From: Escherichia coli
GTDB lineage: Bacteria > Pseudomonadota > Gammaproteobacteria > Enterobacterales > Enterobacteriaceae
Strand: one strand, 5' to 3'
DNA length: 64,000 bases
NCBI RefSeq assembly: GCF_003018255.1
Contig: NZ_CP027440.1
Shown: positions 17,144 to 27,354 of the stretch, piece after piece
How positions within the stretch are numbered: position 1 is the first letter of the stretch
Layout of the letters: the number at the start of each line of letters is the position of its first letter
Notes under the pieces: model-generated
Told to the model about the DNA's origin: nothing
Databases searched by the model: none
Seen by the model: the letters and a program-made list of their open reading frames with translations, nothing else
Made by a program: the position numbers and the translations under genes

Positions 17144-17944
17144 ATGAATTCAAAAAAGGTTTGTTGCATATGTGTATTATTCTCGCTGCTTGCAGGATGT
17201 GCCTCTCAATCTTCTATTGATGAAAAAAAGAAAAAAGCTCAAGTTACACAAAGTAATATTAATAAAAACATTCCCCCGCAACTGACAGACAAAGATTTAT
17301 TCGGTAATGAAACCACTCTGGCTGTATCCGAGGAGGATATTCAGGCTGCGCTTGAAGGAGATGAGTTTCGTGTGCCTCTCAATTCTCCCGTAATACTTGT
17401 CCAGTCTGGCAGTCGCGCACCGGAAACCATTATGCAGGAGGAGATGAGAAAATATTATACTGTTTCCACATTCTCTGGTATCCCGGACAGGCAAAAGCCT
17501 CTGACTTGTAACAAAAATAAAGATAAAAATGAGAACGAGGATGTTGCCAGTGCTGAAAATATGAACTGGATGCAGGCATTGCGTTTTGTGGCTGCGAAAG
17601 GGCATCAGAAAGCGATTATTGTTTACCATGATACGTTGCAGACAGGAAAATATGACTCTGCGCTGAAATCAACAGTATGGTCCGACTATAAAAATGAAAA
17701 ACTCACTGACGCTATCTCCCTGCGCTACCTGGTACGTTTCACGCTGGTGGATGTGGCAACAGGTGAGTGGGCTACCTGGTCGCCGGTGAATTATGAATCG
17801 AGAGTAATTTTTCCGCCGGCTGGAATAACAAAAATGAGCAATAAAGAACTATCAAATGACCATGTTACGGAAGTGCAACTGTTTAATTTGAAACAAAAAA
17901 CATATGTATCGATGGTGAAAGACTTGGTGAGTCGATTCCAGTAA
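17144..17944 (+). CDS. yafT: Lipoprotein (YafT-like) encoded immediately downstream of aspV
   Basis: 266-aa ORF with signal peptide and lipobox (LLAGC); AT-rich; AT-rich promoter region upstream. Confidence 0.6.
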   Translation: MNSKKVCCICVLFSLLAGCASQSSIDEKKKKAQVTQSNINKNIPPQLTDKDLFGNETTLAVSEEDIQAALEGDEFRVPLNSPVILVQSGSRAPETIMQEEMRKYYTVSTFSGIPDRQKPLTCNKNKDKNENEDVASAENMNWMQALRFVAAKGHQKAIIVYHDTLQTGKYDSALKSTVWSDYKNEKLTDAISLRYLVRFTLVDVATGEWATWSPVNYESRVIFPPAGITKMSNKELSNDHVTEVQLFNLKQKTYVSMVKDLVSRFQ

Positions 17945-18068
17945 TCGTTATTGTTATGCTGCCGCCTGTAGTTTAGGGCGGGCAGCAAACAGGAGCTGAG
18001 TATTTCTATAATGTAAATATGTTTTTTTATAAAATTATAATATATATTGCCAGTGAATTGCATGTGAG

Positions 18069-18419
18069 TTATTTTTTTAATTCTTCATAAATTAAAATGG
18101 TATCATCTGCAATGGAAAGAATTGCTATTATCTCTTCATCTTTTTTATATTTTTCTTTTAATGTTTTGTTTCTTTCTTTTAATGGGGTACATTCATTAAT
18201 AATATCATTTTTAGCTGTCATTGAGTCAGTTTCGATATCGAATGCTAAATCTACAAAGCAATAATCTACGTAGAACATAAATCTACGTATATCTTCTGGT
18301 ATGGCTGTGGAAAAATAACGGTATTGCGTGTAAGTGGTTTGATCATCGAATTCGTCTGATTGTACTGAATATGTAATTGTGGCCAGTATAAATAGTAATG
18401 TTAATTTTATAATAATCAT
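18069..18419 (-). CDS. Small secreted protein, function unknown (possible second immunity protein; may correspond to the small yafU-type gene found at this locus)
   Basis: 116-aa ORF with N-terminal signal peptide, two Cys; 4-nt overlap with the upstream ORF; AT-rich. Confidence 0.45.
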   Translation of the reverse strand: MIIIKLTLLFILATITYSVQSDEFDDQTTYTQYRYFSTAIPEDIRRFMFYVDYCFVDLAFDIETDSMTAKNDIINECTPLKERNKTLKEKYKKDEEIIAILSIADDTILIYEELKK

Positions 18420-18871
18420 TTGCTGGATATCTCATCTGGATTTTGAAAATCTGAAATGTAAGCATTGTTTAGTTGCATGGCTCTTATTTTGTTTAACTCA
18501 GTATAGCATGGATATAGTCGAGAGAATGCCAGACGTCCTACTCTGGCCCCCCAGGTTAGAGCAAAAGAGCATTGAGCAAATCTGTAACGTATAAATTCCC
18601 GATTAGAAGATTCTAGTCTTTTTAAAGAAATAACTGCTTCTTTTCTTATTGCTTCGTCCTCATCGTTATTCCATTTTTTAATTTTCTCTTTTATATTTAC
18701 TTCTGCTTTTTTAAGTGTAATAGTGCTCATAATAAATGAATTTTTAACACAATCAACAAATTCAAGTTCATCAACGCCACTACATTCTTTAGACATGGAA
18801 ATGTCAAATGCCAGACATTTTGTACATGAGAATGTAAGCAGTAGAATAATTGTTATTTTTCCCATTCTCAT
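18416..18871 (-). CDS. Small periplasmic protein, candidate T6SS immunity protein (DUF1311/LprI-like pattern)
   Basis: 151-aa ORF with signal peptide; C-terminal YRFAQCSFALTWGARVGR...LYPCYTELNKIRAMQL resembles the Cys/Trp/Arg pattern of lysozyme-inhibitor-like DUF1311 proteins; translationally coupled to the upstream candidate effector. Confidence 0.45.
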   Translation of the reverse strand: MRMGKITIILLLTFSCTKCLAFDISMSKECSGVDELEFVDCVKNSFIMSTITLKKAEVNIKEKIKKWNNDEDEAIRKEAVISLKRLESSNREFIRYRFAQCSFALTWGARVGRLAFSRLYPCYTELNKIRAMQLNNAYISDFQNPDEISSK

Positions 18872-19764
18872 AACACTCTGTTTTTTGTGAGCAATGTATA
18901 AACGAACTGAAGTTTTATTGCATACTTGGGATCTCCACCACCATTATAATTCATCGCTACATTTTTTATTGTGATAGGTTTCCATCCAGTAATTATTACT
19001 TTCATGGATGCTTTTTGATAATATAAAATATCTCCCGGGTGTATTTTATCGAGATTTTTTCCAGGGTTGTTTTTCGTTAAGTTAGGTATGGTCGTTTTTC
19101 TCTCTTTTCTGATGTTGTCAGCCAAATCGCCTTTTTGGACGATGACGCTATATAGAGTTGAGTCATATTGATCGATAGTTGATTCTTCCTTTGTATTAGA
19201 AAGTTTCATCATTAAGTAAGTAATTGCTGCTTTGATATTCTCTTCTGGAGAGCCAGTTATTTGTTCTTTTGCCCAGTAATTTCTTTCTGGATCTTTTAAC
19301 CCATTGAATGCTTTGTTTCTCCATTGTGGTGGGGTAACAAGGGCTGCGGATTTTTCTCCAGAGATTAAAGCAGGCATCGCTTTATCTTTCCGAAAACGAC
19401 CAATTTGTAATGGATAACCATTCCACTGAGAAGTATTTGCCGCATCGTTTTCAGTCCAAAGCATGGCTTTTATTATATACCAATCCAACGGCTGAAAGTA
19501 TGGAGTGCTGGACAAATGAATGTTGATTTCATTAACAGATTTTAAAATTAATAAGTCATATTTATTCCATTCTTTATGATTGCTCACAAATGCCAACTCT
19601 CTTATTTTTTTCCATTTAAAAAAATCACTTTCATCTTCTGTTATTCTTGATGCGAAATCTTGCCTTAGTTGAAATGGGAATTTTTCATTAAATAACGTAC
19701 TGTCAGTGCTTGTATTTTTGCTTTCACTGTCTGATGTTGAAGAGTGTAAAATATTGTTAGCCAT
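18868..19764 (-). CDS. Candidate T6SS effector; weak lytic-transglycosylase/lysozyme-like and LysM-like motifs
   Basis: ORF 18868-19806, likely start ATG 19764 (MANNIL...); no signal peptide; motifs LWTEN, GYPLQIG, MNYNGGGD and YSVIVQKGDLADNI...IHPGDILYY; directly downstream of an Hcp-family gene; AT-rich. Confidence 0.4.
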   Translation of the reverse strand: MANNILHSSTSDSESKNTSTDSTLFNEKFPFQLRQDFASRITEDESDFFKWKKIRELAFVSNHKEWNKYDLLILKSVNEINIHLSSTPYFQPLDWYIIKAMLWTENDAANTSQWNGYPLQIGRFRKDKAMPALISGEKSAALVTPPQWRNKAFNGLKDPERNYWAKEQITGSPEENIKAAITYLMMKLSNTKEESTIDQYDSTLYSVIVQKGDLADNIRKERKTTIPNLTKNNPGKNLDKIHPGDILYYQKASMKVIITGWKPITIKNVAMNYNGGGDPKYAIKLQFVYTLLTKNRVL

Positions 19765-19784
19765 TATAATAATCCCAGATATTT

Positions 19785-20264
19785 TTAAAAAAGACGATCT
19801 TCCCATAAACTGTATGCACTAGTGCCAGCGGAACAATGCTCCCATATAATTGACTCATAACTGAAAGAAACTGACTCTTCGGGTTGAATGCTGTTATCAA
19901 CAACAATATGTGATATAGAGACATGAATGTCGCTTATCTTTGCTCCAGTTAATTTGATTTTATAGTACAGTTCATTAATTCCAAATTTATTTGTACGATA
20001 AAAGGAAAAGTCACATGTCAATAATTCATTGTCGCAAATTGCTTTGCCTAATAAGGGTGATGCTTTATCTATAGGTTTTTTTATTGTCAAATGATGATGG
20101 TTGACGTTTTGATCTCGATTTAATCCATGCATGAATTCATAAATCATAATTTGATCAATGTGTGCTGTTTGAGCTTTATTTCCAATGGATGGTTGTGATG
20201 AACAACCACTTGAAATGAGCCCTTGATTATCACCATTTAGTGTTAAATAAATTAAATTCGCCAT
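19785..20264 (-). CDS. Hcp-family protein (second, divergent Hcp/TssD paralogue)
   Basis: 159-aa ORF with Hcp-like signature (MANLIYLTLNGDNQG..., KPIDKASPLLGKAI, ESVSFSYESIIWEH); AT-rich, unlike the core hcp at 40376. Confidence 0.7.
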   Translation of the reverse strand: MANLIYLTLNGDNQGLISSGCSSQPSIGNKAQTAHIDQIMIYEFMHGLNRDQNVNHHHLTIKKPIDKASPLLGKAICDNELLTCDFSFYRTNKFGINELYYKIKLTGAKISDIHVSISHIVVDNSIQPEESVSFSYESIIWEHCSAGTSAYSLWEDRLF

Positions 20265-20290
20265 TTAAAACTCCTTTGTATTCATGAATG

Positions 20291-21640
20291 TTATTGAAAT
20301 TCAATGTCTTTTTTTATCGTCGGTATCGTATTATTCTTCAGCAGCAGCCAGCGACTTAACACGCCGTCCATCCGCTCGTTAATCTGTTTTTCCAGCGCAT
20401 CTGTATTCTGCTTCTGCGCACGGGCATCCTGGTACTGCGTCAGCAGGGATTCCAGAGGTGTTTCCTGCCCCAGTCCCCGCTCCGCCTGCCAGATGACATT
20501 TTTGATATAGGAAAGGGTTAATCCCTCTTTCTCGCGCTGCATCACGAGATCAGCAAAAGCATGTAAGTCCTGGCGGGTCTGCAACCAGCCGCGCAACTGT
20601 GGGCTACTCTGTGCGCGGGTTTTGAGTGCCTCATTCCATTGTGTCGAGGCCTGCTGCTGTTGCAGGCTTTCCGGCCAGCGACTGTCGGCAACACGCATCA
20701 TCTGCATCCCGGTTTCCAGCGGTTGTACCGGGGAGACGCCAAGAAGCTGATGCAGCCTGCGCTCATAGTTTTCAAGTTCAGGTGAGGCCATCCACACCGT
20801 TGCTGCGCCCTGCGCGGTGTCGTTAACCTGTAACAGTTGCTGCTGCGCCGGATAGACCTGCCACCACCACAATGCTGAGGCGATAGCCACTGAACAGACG
20901 ATCCCTGCGATAAACCCTCTTACCGTACTGCCTTGCTTCATCACACTGGCCTGTGGGGGATTTTCTGACAGACTGCGCACTTCCACTTTCATCTCAGGCA
21001 GGTCGGGCAGGGGAGGCACTACCGCTTCTGGCGTGGAGGAAGCCATTGTTTCCGGGGCATAAATCAGCGTTCTGACCGTGGTCTGTGCGGCGTTCTCTGC
21101 GTTACTCTTCGGCTGGGGTTCAAGCCGTTTACGCGTGTTCTGCATAAAATAGAGTAGATTCTCCACGCGCGGAACGCGCTTCAGCTCTACCTGCTGGAGC
21201 TTGTCGCAGATAAGCTGCAATGCCCGCTCTGTGCGGTAGATCAGTGGTAGGTCGGATTCCGCAAAGGAGATTTGCTGACGCAGAATATTGCCGGTTCGGG
21301 AGTTAAACCAGTCCAGCATTTCAGTACGCGCCGGACCGCCCTGTGGCCAGAACTTATCCCAGTCGTGGCTTACCATTGCCGCCAGCAGTTCCGCACCTTC
21401 GCAAAAGCCCGCCAGTCCCTGTGTCCGTGTCCGTGCAAGCGTATAGTAGGTGGCGGTGTGTAAATCCACACCGTTAGCTTTAAAAATCGCCAGCGCCAGC
21501 GACTCCACCAGTTTCCAGTTCAGCTCAGGCTGTGACGGGTGGCTGGCTTTGTTTATTTCCTCGCGAATGGCGCTGAATTCCGGCAGCCCGCGCGGGTCAC
21601 TGCCGGTAACGATAGTTTGTGTCAGTACGTTACTATTCAT
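20291..21640 (-). CDS. T6SS VasL-like protein (ImpA-type N-terminal domain, central transmembrane segment, C-terminal periplasmic domain)
   Basis: ORF 20291-21730 trimmed to ATG 21640 (MNSNVLTQ...) with RBS; N-terminus SDPRGLPEFSAIREEINK...NWKLVESLALAI is ImpA_N-like; TM segment GFIAGIVCSVAIASALWWW; follows tssM. Confidence 0.6.
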   Translation of the reverse strand: MNSNVLTQTIVTGSDPRGLPEFSAIREEINKASHPSQPELNWKLVESLALAIFKANGVDLHTATYYTLARTRTQGLAGFCEGAELLAAMVSHDWDKFWPQGGPARTEMLDWFNSRTGNILRQQISFAESDLPLIYRTERALQLICDKLQQVELKRVPRVENLLYFMQNTRKRLEPQPKSNAENAAQTTVRTLIYAPETMASSTPEAVVPPLPDLPEMKVEVRSLSENPPQASVMKQGSTVRGFIAGIVCSVAIASALWWWQVYPAQQQLLQVNDTAQGAATVWMASPELENYERRLHQLLGVSPVQPLETGMQMMRVADSRWPESLQQQQASTQWNEALKTRAQSSPQLRGWLQTRQDLHAFADLVMQREKEGLTLSYIKNVIWQAERGLGQETPLESLLTQYQDARAQKQNTDALEKQINERMDGVLSRWLLLKNNTIPTIKKDIEFQ

Positions 21641-21650
21641 CCCTGCCTCC

Positions 21651-24600
21651 TCAGTACAGTGTGTCTGACAGACCAAACTGGCTGAACAACCCACCGCTGA
21701 ACGGGTTATCCTCGGTGTCGGTATGCACACGGTAGGTCATCGCGCCACCGTCCACGCTAAAGCGCACGGTAAAGTTGCCATCCTGTACTCCGGTCAGTTG
21801 TCCGGCCCCGAACAGGCGGAACTGCGCCCACGGCCCGCTGAAGCTGATACTGCGCGGCGCGTTGCCGCTGGTGCCGATGAGCGTCAGCTTACTTTCGTTG
21901 CCTTCGCGCATGTTGTTAGGCCAGACCAGATGGGCGGTATAGTTACGGCCCTGGCTGTAATCGACTAACTGACCGTCAAGGTTCAGTACACTGCGGCGTT
22001 TATTGCCGGAAAGCGATACCGTTTCCACGGCAAAGGATGTTCCCAGACCGTTCTGTTTGCTGAAGAAGATGTCACGGATTTTCTGCGCAGTTTCCAGTTG
22101 CGCAATAATATCTTCGCGAATAATGACGTTGTTATCGCCATCCTCCAGACTCAGGTCATTATCGATAAACAGCTTCAGGTTCTGCTGGTAGAAGGTATCC
22201 AGTATGCCATCCGGTTTAAAGAAGCGTTCGAAGGCATCCAGTGAGGCATCCTGTGCAGAACGCGGATTAAACGGATAGTTATTTGCCAGTTGCTCGTTAA
22301 ACGGTTTCACCACGCTGTCGCGCCAGTCCACTTCCATATAATGAACAGCCTCCACCATCACCACATGCCAGGCCTGGTCAGTCAGTCTGCCAACCCAGCG
22401 GTTGAGCGGAGCAGGCAGCGTTTTTGCCATCTGGCGGGTGGCGAATATCGGATCGCTGCTGTTCTGATCAAGCCGTAACTGCACGGCTTTCAGCGCCGAT
22501 TTCCCTGGTACAGGCGCGTTCTGGATTGCCAGCAGGTAGCGGTGCAACTCGGTGAGTTGCTGATACACGGCCTGCATCGTGCTTTCTTTGTCTTTCTGTA
22601 CTGCCAGGGTACTGTTTTCCGGGGCGAATTCATGCCCGAGGCGGGTGAGTAACTGGTAATCCGGCTCTGCCAGGGCTTCCTCCCGTTCTTTGGCAGAGAG
22701 TTTTTCAGAAAAGACGCCTGGCTGTGTGTTGTCACGCAGCACGGTCAGCGCCCGCTGCAAAGGCTGGTCGCCGCTGATAACCTGCTCCAGCGCCCCGGTC
22801 AGTTGTCCGATGGACTCAAAATTGCGGATATTCAGATTGTCCATCCCGGCCCGCCAGGTGGCGGTGTAGTCGCTGATATACTGCTCGGTCAACTGGTGCT
22901 GGATTTCCGCACGGTCGGCGTCACTGTATTTCACACTGCGGGTGAGGTTAAGTACCCAGGAATCCATCGCTGTCAGTTCAACCAGTTCATCGCGCTGTTT
23001 TACAAAATAGCTTTGCAGGCCATAGCGGGTGATAAACTGTGGAACAACCAGTTTGTTGTCATCGGCAGATGTAAACACCTGGTCAAAGGTTGGCCCTACC
23101 TGGTCACGCAGATTGAGGTCAGCAGGAAGAACGCCCAGCGCCCGCGTTTTCAGGCTCTGATAAACCCGCTGGTAGACAGGCAGTTTGCTCAGTTCTTTCT
23201 GTGCTGATACCACGAGCTTGTCATATGGCGTCCAGCGGCTGATGGCGTCACCGTCGCCCGCCTGACGCTCTGCATGCCAGTCAGTATGAGCCAGCGCGTA
23301 GTCAAGATGGGACATCAGTTGTGCCTGGATATCGCGCTGGCCGTGGAATTTTTCGCTCCAGCGTTTTGCCATATACTGCTTCACCACCTCATTATTGCGT
23401 CCGCTTTTGTCCTCCAGCATTCGCATCACACGCAGCACGGCGAGTTTTTCCTCACTCTCCGGCGGCGCGGCGTTCATCGCTTTGACCAGCCCGTTAAACA
23501 GCGAAGGCAGGTAACGCTGCTCCAGCAGTTGCAGATAGGTTTGTTCCACATAAGGCCCGATACGCCGTCCCTGGTACAGTCCCATATCGGCCAGACGGCT
23601 GCGGTCGCCCCAGTCGCCATAGGCCAGCGTGGCATCGCGTACCGGGTTCAGCAGCGGCAGTTGCAGGTTGCCGTAATCATCTTCCCCCAGCGGAGGCGGT
23701 ACATCCATAAAGGCTTTTGCCTGCTTAAGCACGGTGATGCCGGACTGATAGTTACCGTTGTAATAGTGATGCCAGCCGGTGATGAGCAGCAGTGCCGCCA
23801 CGCCTCCTGTGGTAGAGAAAACCGTTAGGCGGCGACGGGAACGCATCAGCCAGGTGCGGCTTTCTGTTGCCAGATTAGGCTCTGCGAGTAATGCCTGCGG
23901 GAACAGGCCACGGGTGAAATAAGGCGCGGTGTCCACCAGGGGCCAGGACGCCAGTGGGTTATTGCCCAGCCGGTACTGGCGGGCGGCAGACTGGGTGAAA
24001 ATATCATCCATCTGTCCGCGTTGAAGCGAAGAGGTGAGATAGATACCACGCAGCATCACGTTCATATTTTCGCCGTCAAGCAGACCCTCAAGCAGTGACA
24101 CCAGCGGTTCACGGCTTCCCTGCATCTGGCGGGAAAAACTAAATAAAGACGCGCGGGTGTGAGTCTGAGCGACCATCAGATCCGGCAACGCTAGGTTCAT
24201 TCGATCCACCCATGTCTGCCAGAAAGCATTCAACTCTGTTCGCCAGTCATCATTTTCATGGGCGCGGTGGGTGAACGTGACCCCTAGAATTGCATCGCGA
24301 TCCTGTCTGTTCAGTGACTGGAACAGGGCGGCAAAACCCTGCAATAAATCAAGCCGGGTGAGTACCACGTAAACCGGTAACTGGCAGTGAAGATGCTGGC
24401 GTATATCCTGCAAGCGGCTGCGCAGCGTCTGTAACAGATGCTCGCGGCGGCGTTTGTCTGCGGTAAGCAGATCGGGTAAATCCAGTGTCAGAATAATCCC
24501 GTTCAGCGGCTGGCGCGCGCGCTTTTCTTTCAGCCAGCCGAGGGCATGTTCCCACAGACGGCGATGCAGGATATCCGCATCAGCGGGAGCGCAGAGTGTG

Positions 24601-25175
24601 CCGTCGATATCAAAGATCACCGCCTGTTTACCGACATGGGGCGTGAGGTACAGGCGTTGTTCTGCGCCGCGTGCGCCCTCCGGGGCATAAATAATGTCGG
24701 ACGGAAAACCCTCGCGCAGCAGTGTCGTTTTGCCACTGCCCGCCGGGCCGATGACCATATACCACGGCAACTGCCACAGGAAACGGCGGTTGTCGAGATG
24801 GCGTTGCAGGCGCAGCAGCCAGCGGTCAAGGTAACGCTGCTGGGCGTTCAGCTCCACACTGAGCGGATCAATGGCCTCCTCGCGCTGCTGCTTTTGCATT
24901 TTTTCAAGCTGTTGCAGGCGCTTCATCACCCGGACGGTAAGCCACACTAGGGCGATAATCCCCCATGCCGCCGTTGCCAGCCAGCGGTTCGCCAGTGGTT
25001 TGAGCCACTGTTCTTCATACAGCGTCCATGTCGGGCCTTTCCACCAGATCCATACCAGCAGAAAAATCCACGCCAGTATCAGCAGCCAGAAAGCGGAGAC
25101 TTTAAACCGGGGCATCGCCGGGCGTAGGGCTGATTTGAGTCCGCTGAGTAGTCGGGGTGTTGGTAATCTGAACAC
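21651..25175 (-). CDS. tssM: T6SS membrane core component TssM (IcmF family)
   Basis: 1174-aa ORF with N-terminal TM helices and Walker A GPAGSGKTT; size typical of IcmF/TssM. Confidence 0.9.
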   Translation of the reverse strand: MFRLPTPRLLSGLKSALRPAMPRFKVSAFWLLILAWIFLLVWIWWKGPTWTLYEEQWLKPLANRWLATAAWGIIALVWLTVRVMKRLQQLEKMQKQQREEAIDPLSVELNAQQRYLDRWLLRLQRHLDNRRFLWQLPWYMVIGPAGSGKTTLLREGFPSDIIYAPEGARGAEQRLYLTPHVGKQAVIFDIDGTLCAPADADILHRRLWEHALGWLKEKRARQPLNGIILTLDLPDLLTADKRRREHLLQTLRSRLQDIRQHLHCQLPVYVVLTRLDLLQGFAALFQSLNRQDRDAILGVTFTHRAHENDDWRTELNAFWQTWVDRMNLALPDLMVAQTHTRASLFSFSRQMQGSREPLVSLLEGLLDGENMNVMLRGIYLTSSLQRGQMDDIFTQSAARQYRLGNNPLASWPLVDTAPYFTRGLFPQALLAEPNLATESRTWLMRSRRRLTVFSTTGGVAALLLITGWHHYYNGNYQSGITVLKQAKAFMDVPPPLGEDDYGNLQLPLLNPVRDATLAYGDWGDRSRLADMGLYQGRRIGPYVEQTYLQLLEQRYLPSLFNGLVKAMNAAPPESEEKLAVLRVMRMLEDKSGRNNEVVKQYMAKRWSEKFHGQRDIQAQLMSHLDYALAHTDWHAERQAGDGDAISRWTPYDKLVVSAQKELSKLPVYQRVYQSLKTRALGVLPADLNLRDQVGPTFDQVFTSADDNKLVVPQFITRYGLQSYFVKQRDELVELTAMDSWVLNLTRSVKYSDADRAEIQHQLTEQYISDYTATWRAGMDNLNIRNFESIGQLTGALEQVISGDQPLQRALTVLRDNTQPGVFSEKLSAKEREEALAEPDYQLLTRLGHEFAPENSTLAVQKDKESTMQAVYQQLTELHRYLLAIQNAPVPGKSALKAVQLRLDQNSSDPIFATRQMAKTLPAPLNRWVGRLTDQAWHVVMVEAVHYMEVDWRDSVVKPFNEQLANNYPFNPRSAQDASLDAFERFFKPDGILDTFYQQNLKLFIDNDLSLEDGDNNVIIREDIIAQLETAQKIRDIFFSKQNGLGTSFAVETVSLSGNKRRSVLNLDGQLVDYSQGRNYTAHLVWPNNMREGNESKLTLIGTSGNAPRSISFSGPWAQFRLFGAGQLTGVQDGNFTVRFSVDGGAMTYRVHTDTEDNPFSGGLFSQFGLSDTLY

Positions 25176-25193
25176 AAAAACTCCTGTTCTCTT

Positions 25194-26606
25194 TTATTGT
25201 TCTGCCGTGAATTTTTGTTCAAGCTGCGTAAGTAATGATGGCTCCCAATCAGACACCATCATCTGACTCCCTATCATCAACAACATCCGGTACTGTTGCT
25301 GCGCAAGCTGTATCAGCCCCGCCTCCTCCGTCAACTGTGCGGCAAGGTACTGGCGGTGAAACTGATCGCGGGGATCGCCTTCGGGTAGCATGTCCAGATA
25401 TCGCAGCGCCGCCTCCAGACCCTGCCCAGCAAAACAGGCTCTGGCTGCCTGCGATTCCTCACCGATTTGCGCAACCGGTGCAACTTTGCCGTCGGGCGAA
25501 GCTGCCAGCCATTGTTTCGTCTGCTCACTGAGAAACGGTGTGCGGTCATTAAACAGCAGCCCGGTAAGCTGGGGCAGACGCTCAAGGAAGCGGATGACCT
25601 CATCGCGGATGGTGTCTGCCACCTGTTTGTAACCCAGACGCAGTGCCGTCTGTGCAGAAAGACAGTGACCGTCCAGCCAGTAAGGAGCCAGCAATACGCT
25701 TTTCTCAACCTGCTGCCACAGCGCCATATCCGCGCTGGCAAGCCGGGACTGGTAATCCGCCACCATATCGGCAGAGACCGCAGCCAATGGGGTACGTCCA
25801 TCGCTTTCCGCCTGGGGTGTACTGGTGATGGATTGCCACAGGGCATGGCGGCGCAGGCGATAGCCCTGCGGCGAGTCCGGCTGGCGTTCACATAAAATAG
25901 CCGCCACTTTTAACAGCGTGTCGCGCCAGGCTTTGTCGTCGTGACTGTCGATGGCGATTTGGGGAGCCGGAGCACTGGGTTGCGTCACGCCGCTTTCAGA
26001 CGTGGCGGTGGTCTGTCGTGAACTATCGGAGGCCGCCGGAGTGGGGGCAGGAGCCGGTGCCGCACGATTAAACGCACGCTGGTACAGGGCAAAAAGATCA
26101 TCGGTAGCCAGTGCCAGTTCCGGGGCGTTATATGACTGCCAGCACTGCGCCAGTTTCGCCAGTTCCCCTGACAGCGCGTCGTGCTGCGCTGTGGCGGCGT
26201 TCTGTGAAAAGCCTTCAATACCTGTTTCAAAGCGTTTAATGACCTGGCTGGCAAAGCGTTTTTTATGTGCCATATTCTGCGGCGCAGCCACCGACCAGTA
26301 ATGCTCCACATACAGCGCCAGCAGGCGCAATGCGAGATGAGGATCACCGGCGTGTTGCAGGGTTCTCAGCAGATGCGCCAGCAGACGAAAGTCCTTACTC
26401 TCCGAAGCCAGAATGACCAGCCCCCGGCGCTGGAGTTCCGGGATATCCAGTTGACTGTGGGCCAGAGATCCCAGTTTGACGATTTCGCCGTCGATATACT
26501 CCCAGTCCGGGTTGTCATCTTTCAGCGCCGATGCCAGTTTTTCTTCCGGCAGGTTTTCCAGCAGGTGCGATATCCAGACATTCGGATCGCGTAAGTTCAT
26601 TGCCAT
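25194..26606 (-). CDS. tssA: T6SS protein TssA (ImpA N-terminal domain family)
   Basis: ORF 25194-26672 trimmed to ATG 26606 (MAMNLRDPNVW...) with RBS GGGAGAA; ImpA_N-like N-terminus; lies between vasI-like and tssM. Confidence 0.8.
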   Translation of the reverse strand: MAMNLRDPNVWISHLLENLPEEKLASALKDDNPDWEYIDGEIVKLGSLAHSQLDIPELQRRGLVILASESKDFRLLAHLLRTLQHAGDPHLALRLLALYVEHYWSVAAPQNMAHKKRFASQVIKRFETGIEGFSQNAATAQHDALSGELAKLAQCWQSYNAPELALATDDLFALYQRAFNRAAPAPAPTPAASDSSRQTTATSESGVTQPSAPAPQIAIDSHDDKAWRDTLLKVAAILCERQPDSPQGYRLRRHALWQSITSTPQAESDGRTPLAAVSADMVADYQSRLASADMALWQQVEKSVLLAPYWLDGHCLSAQTALRLGYKQVADTIRDEVIRFLERLPQLTGLLFNDRTPFLSEQTKQWLAASPDGKVAPVAQIGEESQAARACFAGQGLEAALRYLDMLPEGDPRDQFHRQYLAAQLTEEAGLIQLAQQQYRMLLMIGSQMMVSDWEPSLLTQLEQKFTAEQ

Positions 26607-26610
26607 ATTT

Positions 26611-27354
26611 TTATTCTCCCGCCCAGTGGCAGGCAACGCGCAGGGGGGCAATCGCCCTTGCCAGCCCGTCAATGTTAAAGGTCAGCTTTCCTGCGGCGTT
26701 ATCTGCGCCGGTATCCACTGTCAGCGTTTTTGCGCCGAACAGTTGCTTAATTTCATCAATCCCGGACAGCCCCCGGCTGGACTCCAGCAGGGTGCCGTTC
26801 TCGCGCACAAACCAGTGGCTACGCAATGCCCGGCTGTCGGCATTCAGAGTGACGGCGATATCATGGACATCCAGAGGGTGCATCAGCGCCACCTGCATCC
26901 GGGTGATATTGTCCACGCAACTGAACATCAGCACCGGGCGCGGCGGAACATGGCCGATAGCCGGGGTGGTTATCACCACCGTCGGGCGCTCCCCCGGCAC
27001 CTGCGTCACCAGCAGTTCTGTGGTGTTGCCCTCGCGGCGTTTTTCCTGCTCTGTGGCGCGGGTCCAGGCCTCGCCCACAAAACCGGCTTTGACCAGCGCC
27101 CCGTCAAACCCTGACGGGGACAGCGGTGCCAGCAGGCGGTCATAGCAGTCAAGCCGCTCCAGCGCCGCGGACTCCCGCCGACAGGACTGCATGGCCTGTA
27201 ACGTGGCTGTCGCATCCGGCGGGGGCGTGGTGGCGACGGCGACCGCCACACCGGCCATTGACGATGTTTCTGCGGGCGCGGCAGTGGCGGGTAAGCCCGT
27301 CATCAGGCCCGCGATAAACCATCCTGTCTGCCGGAAAACGCGCAACCTGCTCAT
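26611..27354 (-). CDS. T6SS-associated periplasmic protein (VasI-like by position)
   Basis: 247-aa ORF with signal peptide; sits between clpV and tssA as vasI does in Vibrio-type clusters; 4-nt overlap with clpV. Confidence 0.5.
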   Translation of the reverse strand: MSRLRVFRQTGWFIAGLMTGLPATAAPAETSSMAGVAVAVATTPPPDATATLQAMQSCRRESAALERLDCYDRLLAPLSPSGFDGALVKAGFVGEAWTRATEQEKRREGNTTELLVTQVPGERPTVVITTPAIGHVPPRPVLMFSCVDNITRMQVALMHPLDVHDIAVTLNADSRALRSHWFVRENGTLLESSRGLSGIDEIKQLFGAKTLTVDTGADNAAGKLTFNIDGLARAIAPLRVACHWAGE

